A DNA stretch of 63,975 bases, filler included, from Octopus bimaculoides (taxonomy: Eukaryota): NCBI RefSeq assembly GCF_001194135.2. It is 9 parts of 8 records of this genome, joined end to end, with 100 filler letters (N's around TTAATTAATTAA, not from the genome) between each part and the next. Parts side by side here need not be neighbours in the genome. Positions count along the whole stretch, not along the records: positions 56,695 to 62,842 come from NC_069000.1; positions 62,943 to 63,975 come from NC_068996.1; 7 more parts are not named here. One strand, written 5' to 3'. Position 1 is the first letter of the stretch, and every line of letters begins with the position of its first letter. Below the pieces are notes generated by a model. The model saw only the letters and a list, made by a program, of their open reading frames with translations, searched no databases and had not been told where the DNA came from. This document shows positions 60,860 through 63,975 of this stretch, piece after piece. The position numbers were made by a program, and so were the translations under genes.

Positions 60860-61109
60860 AATGCACCCTTTTAAAGCCTAGCCAGGCTCATGGGCCCGGT
60901 TTCCCGGTTTCAATGGTGTATGTGTTCCCCAGCTGGACGGGATGCCAGTCCATCGCTGCGTTACTCATTTTTGCCAGCTGAGTGGACTGGAGCAACGTGA
61001 AATGAAGTGTTTTGCTCAAGAACACAACGCGTCGCCCGGTCCAGGAATCGAAACCACAATCTCACGATCATGATGCTGACGCCCTAACCACTAAGCCACG
61101 CGCCTCCAC
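60860..61109 (-). mobile_element. tRNA-headed SINE, family C, full length
   Basis: GTGGAGGCGCGTGGCTTAGTGG (A box)...GGTTTCGATTCC (B box), CORE-like TTCTTGAGCAAAACACTT, then GATGGACTGGCATCCCGTCCAG...GAAACCGGG. Confidence 0.85.
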
Positions 61110-61649
61110 GAAATGAACGGATACAGTTCTAAAAACGAAAATAAAGAAACCCGATCTCACTCTCTCGATTTAACCCAAACTAAACGAAATTTTGCAGAAC
61201 CATTAAGTCCGGCTTGTAAGTGTCATTAAGTAAAAAAAAATTAATTAATTAATTAATTAATTAATTAATATATGCGTATCTGTCAACAACTGATTTTGAT
61301 AAAACAATTACTCAACTAATAATTTCATGGAACTTGGAAATAATCCAAGAGAATGACAGTTCCGTTTTTTCACTTAATTCAACCTGCTTTCATTTGACAA
61401 CTAAACAATCTGTTAAGAAGTATCAAAGCAACTGTAATCTCAGTTACTCTTTCTCTCTTTTTATTCCTCTGCTCCTTTTCTCCCTCTCCCCCTTTTTTTC
61501 CTCCCCACTTCTTTACCTTTCTCTTTGACGCGTGTATGTGTGTATCTACGTATGTGTGTACATATACGTTTTCCTTTTTTTTTAAGTATTCGGATGTTTT
61601 TAGGGCCCAGGGTGCTGACCTGCGTCTCAACCACTTGCATTTAGGAAAG

Positions 61650-62110
61650 TGACTCTAAGTAAGGCCTTCTCTGTTGACTACTTGCCGAGGTTAACGAGGT
61701 ATAAGTGTGGGTCACGAAGTATAAAAGATTGAGGCTGGTGAAATCGTAGAAGTTCTCCGACAACCACTTCTGACTCTTTCTGGGGGCATGGTAAGGAACC
61801 GAATCCTGTTGTCTCACAAATGACCTTCCAGTAGCAATCCTCTCCATTTAGGTTTTGACCACAGTCTCCAGCAGCTTCGCATAGCCGTCTGAACTAAATA
61901 TAAGGCCCTGTTCAAAGAAGTGTGGTACTATGATGTCACCACTACTGGAGACACATCCAAAGACCATCACAATTTGAGGGAACTTGGTTTTCCTGATGTC
62001 TATGTCACATCTATCAGTCTTACAGAGCAGTGAGCAGCAGTCATGATGTCGGCATTTTAATACCCGGCGCGAATCATCATGATACAAGTAACTCTTTTCC
62101 AACATTCAAA
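61650..62110 (-). mobile_element. Tc1/mariner (maT/DD37D-like) transposase fragment
   Basis: TKFPQIVMVFGCVSSSG...HFFEQGL...Y.KLLETVVK...FVRQQDSVPYHAPRKSQKWLSENF; contains stops. Confidence 0.75.
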
Positions 62111-62279
62111 TGGCTTCCAGTTTTCCGTGCCAGTTAACCTTTTCTGAAGTACCTCTTTAATATTCAAGCCCTCGAATGCTGTTGACTGTTCAACAATACA
62201 TCAAGTTATTCCTGAAAAAAAGGAGACAAAACAATCGTCAAATTTAGCCCGAAAATATACACACATTAATAAATGAGAA

Positions 62280-62560
62280 CAGAGATTTATATATCCCAAG
62301 TTTTATTATGCAGTGAATCACATCTTTCTATGTCAGTTCCTACATGTGCTTCTGCTTGAAGTCAGTGCACACTTCAAATTTTGCATCTTGATGAGTATTT
62401 TGGTGTTAATTACTGATGCTGCTTCGTCAGGGTACATTTAACTGCATTTCAGAACTGAAAAATGTGCTGTGTGCACTGACTTGCAACAGAAACATACGTA
62501 TGTACTGACATGGAAAGATGTGATTAACTGCATAATAAAACCTGGATATATAAAACTCTG
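62280..62560. mobile_element. MITE-like fold-back with ~100-bp imperfect TIRs
   Basis: 62280-62382 versus reverse complement of 62459-62560, roughly 85% identical by eye. Confidence 0.85.
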
Positions 62561-62775
62561 ATCTCCTAATTTATAAATTTATTATTTTTTTCTCTGCCGG
62601 AAACGTGCAGTCTTTGTAGAGACATGAATTTACTGATGTGAGGAACTGCTGAGGATAGTAACATAAACTAACTGGAGTTTATTTACATGCACTGAGGTTA
62701 GCCAACATTATTAACCGGCAAAAGGTACCCGCTAGGATTCTATATCCCATTATCCAAATTTGAAAATTTACCTTG

Positions 62776-62842
<67 letters not shown>

Positions 62843-62950
62843 NNNNNNNNNNNNNNNNNNNNNNNNNNNNNNNNNNNNNNNNNNNNTTAATTAATTAANN
62901 NNNNNNNNNNNNNNNNNNNNNNNNNNNNNNNNNNNNNNNNNNTATATATT

Positions 62951-63004
<54 letters not shown>

Positions 63005-63229
63005 CCAAAATGTTATCAAAGAAGGTGATGCTAGCAATAAGATAGTCATATCACACCCAGAACGCACATATCCAAAATCTCACAAACTAAGTAGCAAAAA
63101 AAGGTTAGTGAGATTTGTGATTAGCTTTAAAGATATCATCAATATTTGCTTTGTAATTGCTTTAGAATTGCTTTGGAATTACTGGATGAATTGACCTCAT
63201 GGGCTGGATCCAGTGACCCCTGCCTTAGA

Positions 63230-63450
63230 AGAAAACTGATGGTGTTTTGTACAGATAGAGCAACAAACATCAAGGTTCTTAGATGAGCGACTACCAGCAG
63301 GAAGCTTCTGAATAACATAAGGAGAAAATAGACTCAGTCTGTTCAACACCATATGGAAAGGAAAGAAACTTGAATATTTAAGTGATACTTGGGAAAGTGA
63401 AAGGAAAAGAAGAAAGAGAAGATACTTGATGGCTATACCAGACGCCTTCA
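63230..63450 (+). mobile_element. Decayed LINE C-terminal fragment
   Basis: TDRATNIKVL...RKLLNNIRR...LEYL...GKVKGKR-like segments across frameshifts. Confidence 0.45.
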
Positions 63451-63588
63451 GAGCCAGTTCAGTAATATAATAAGTTATGTGTGTGTGTGTGATAGAAGAA
63501 CATGGTGGGAAGGAAGTCTATGATCATCAATGCTTGCAGGCATGTGAATGAAGGAAGAGAGAAATAGATAGATAGATAGATAGATAGA

Positions 63589-63632
<44 letters not shown>

Positions 63633-63727
63633 GAGAGAGAGAAAGAGAGGGAGAGAGAGATAGAGAGGGAGAGACAGATAGACAGACAGACAGATATATA
63701 TATATATATATATAGATAGATAGATAG

Positions 63728-63975
63728 ATATGTTTCTTTATTAGCCACACAGGGCTCAACACAGAGGGGACAAAATACAAATGTAGACTTTTTTTCTTTT
63801 CGAGGGGGGCGAAAACAAAGCAGAAAAAAAAACAAAAGTGGGGACAACGATGAAAAAAAAACATCGCAAAACGTTTGGGGTATTTACAAAAAATACGAAA
63901 TAATACAGAAAATTCCCAATAAATGGGGAGGTTATCCGTGGAAAGAAAAACCTACGAAAAGACCACGGTAACCTC
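63728..63975 (-). mobile_element. Probable LINE 3' end (AATAAA followed by microsatellite tail)
   Basis: Minus strand ends ...GAGCCCTGTGTGGCTAATAAAGAAAC then (ATCT)n; T-rich UTR-like body. Confidence 0.35.

Overview
Eukaryotic, AT-rich, gapped draft-assembly DNA dense in microsatellites. The SINE repertoire and the fixed 44N-TTAATTAATTAA-44N scaffold spacers suggest an octopus-like cephalopod (inference). The only confident protein-coding gene is an intronless 1255-aa CFAP57/WDR65 (17224-20991, +), preceded by an RFX X-box-like motif and a probable 5'UTR intron. Most other recognisable sequence is decayed mobile DNA: at least five Penelope-like element (PLE) pieces including a near-full-length YRDD-type copy, RTE/LINE fragments, Tc1/mariner fragments, two MITEs, and about 25 tRNA-headed SINE copies from four families. 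Highlights: (i) two hammerhead-ribozyme families, one as a palindromic twin pair upstream of CFAP57 and one behind a Pol III B-box head; (ii) three independent fold-back structures in which 5'-truncated retroelement copies sit head-to-head; (iii) a MITE with 37-bp TIRs, an 8-bp TSD and an internal telomere-repeat hairpin; (iv) a sharp CpG-depletion boundary just upstream of CFAP57. All alignments and folds were done by eye, and no database searches were run.
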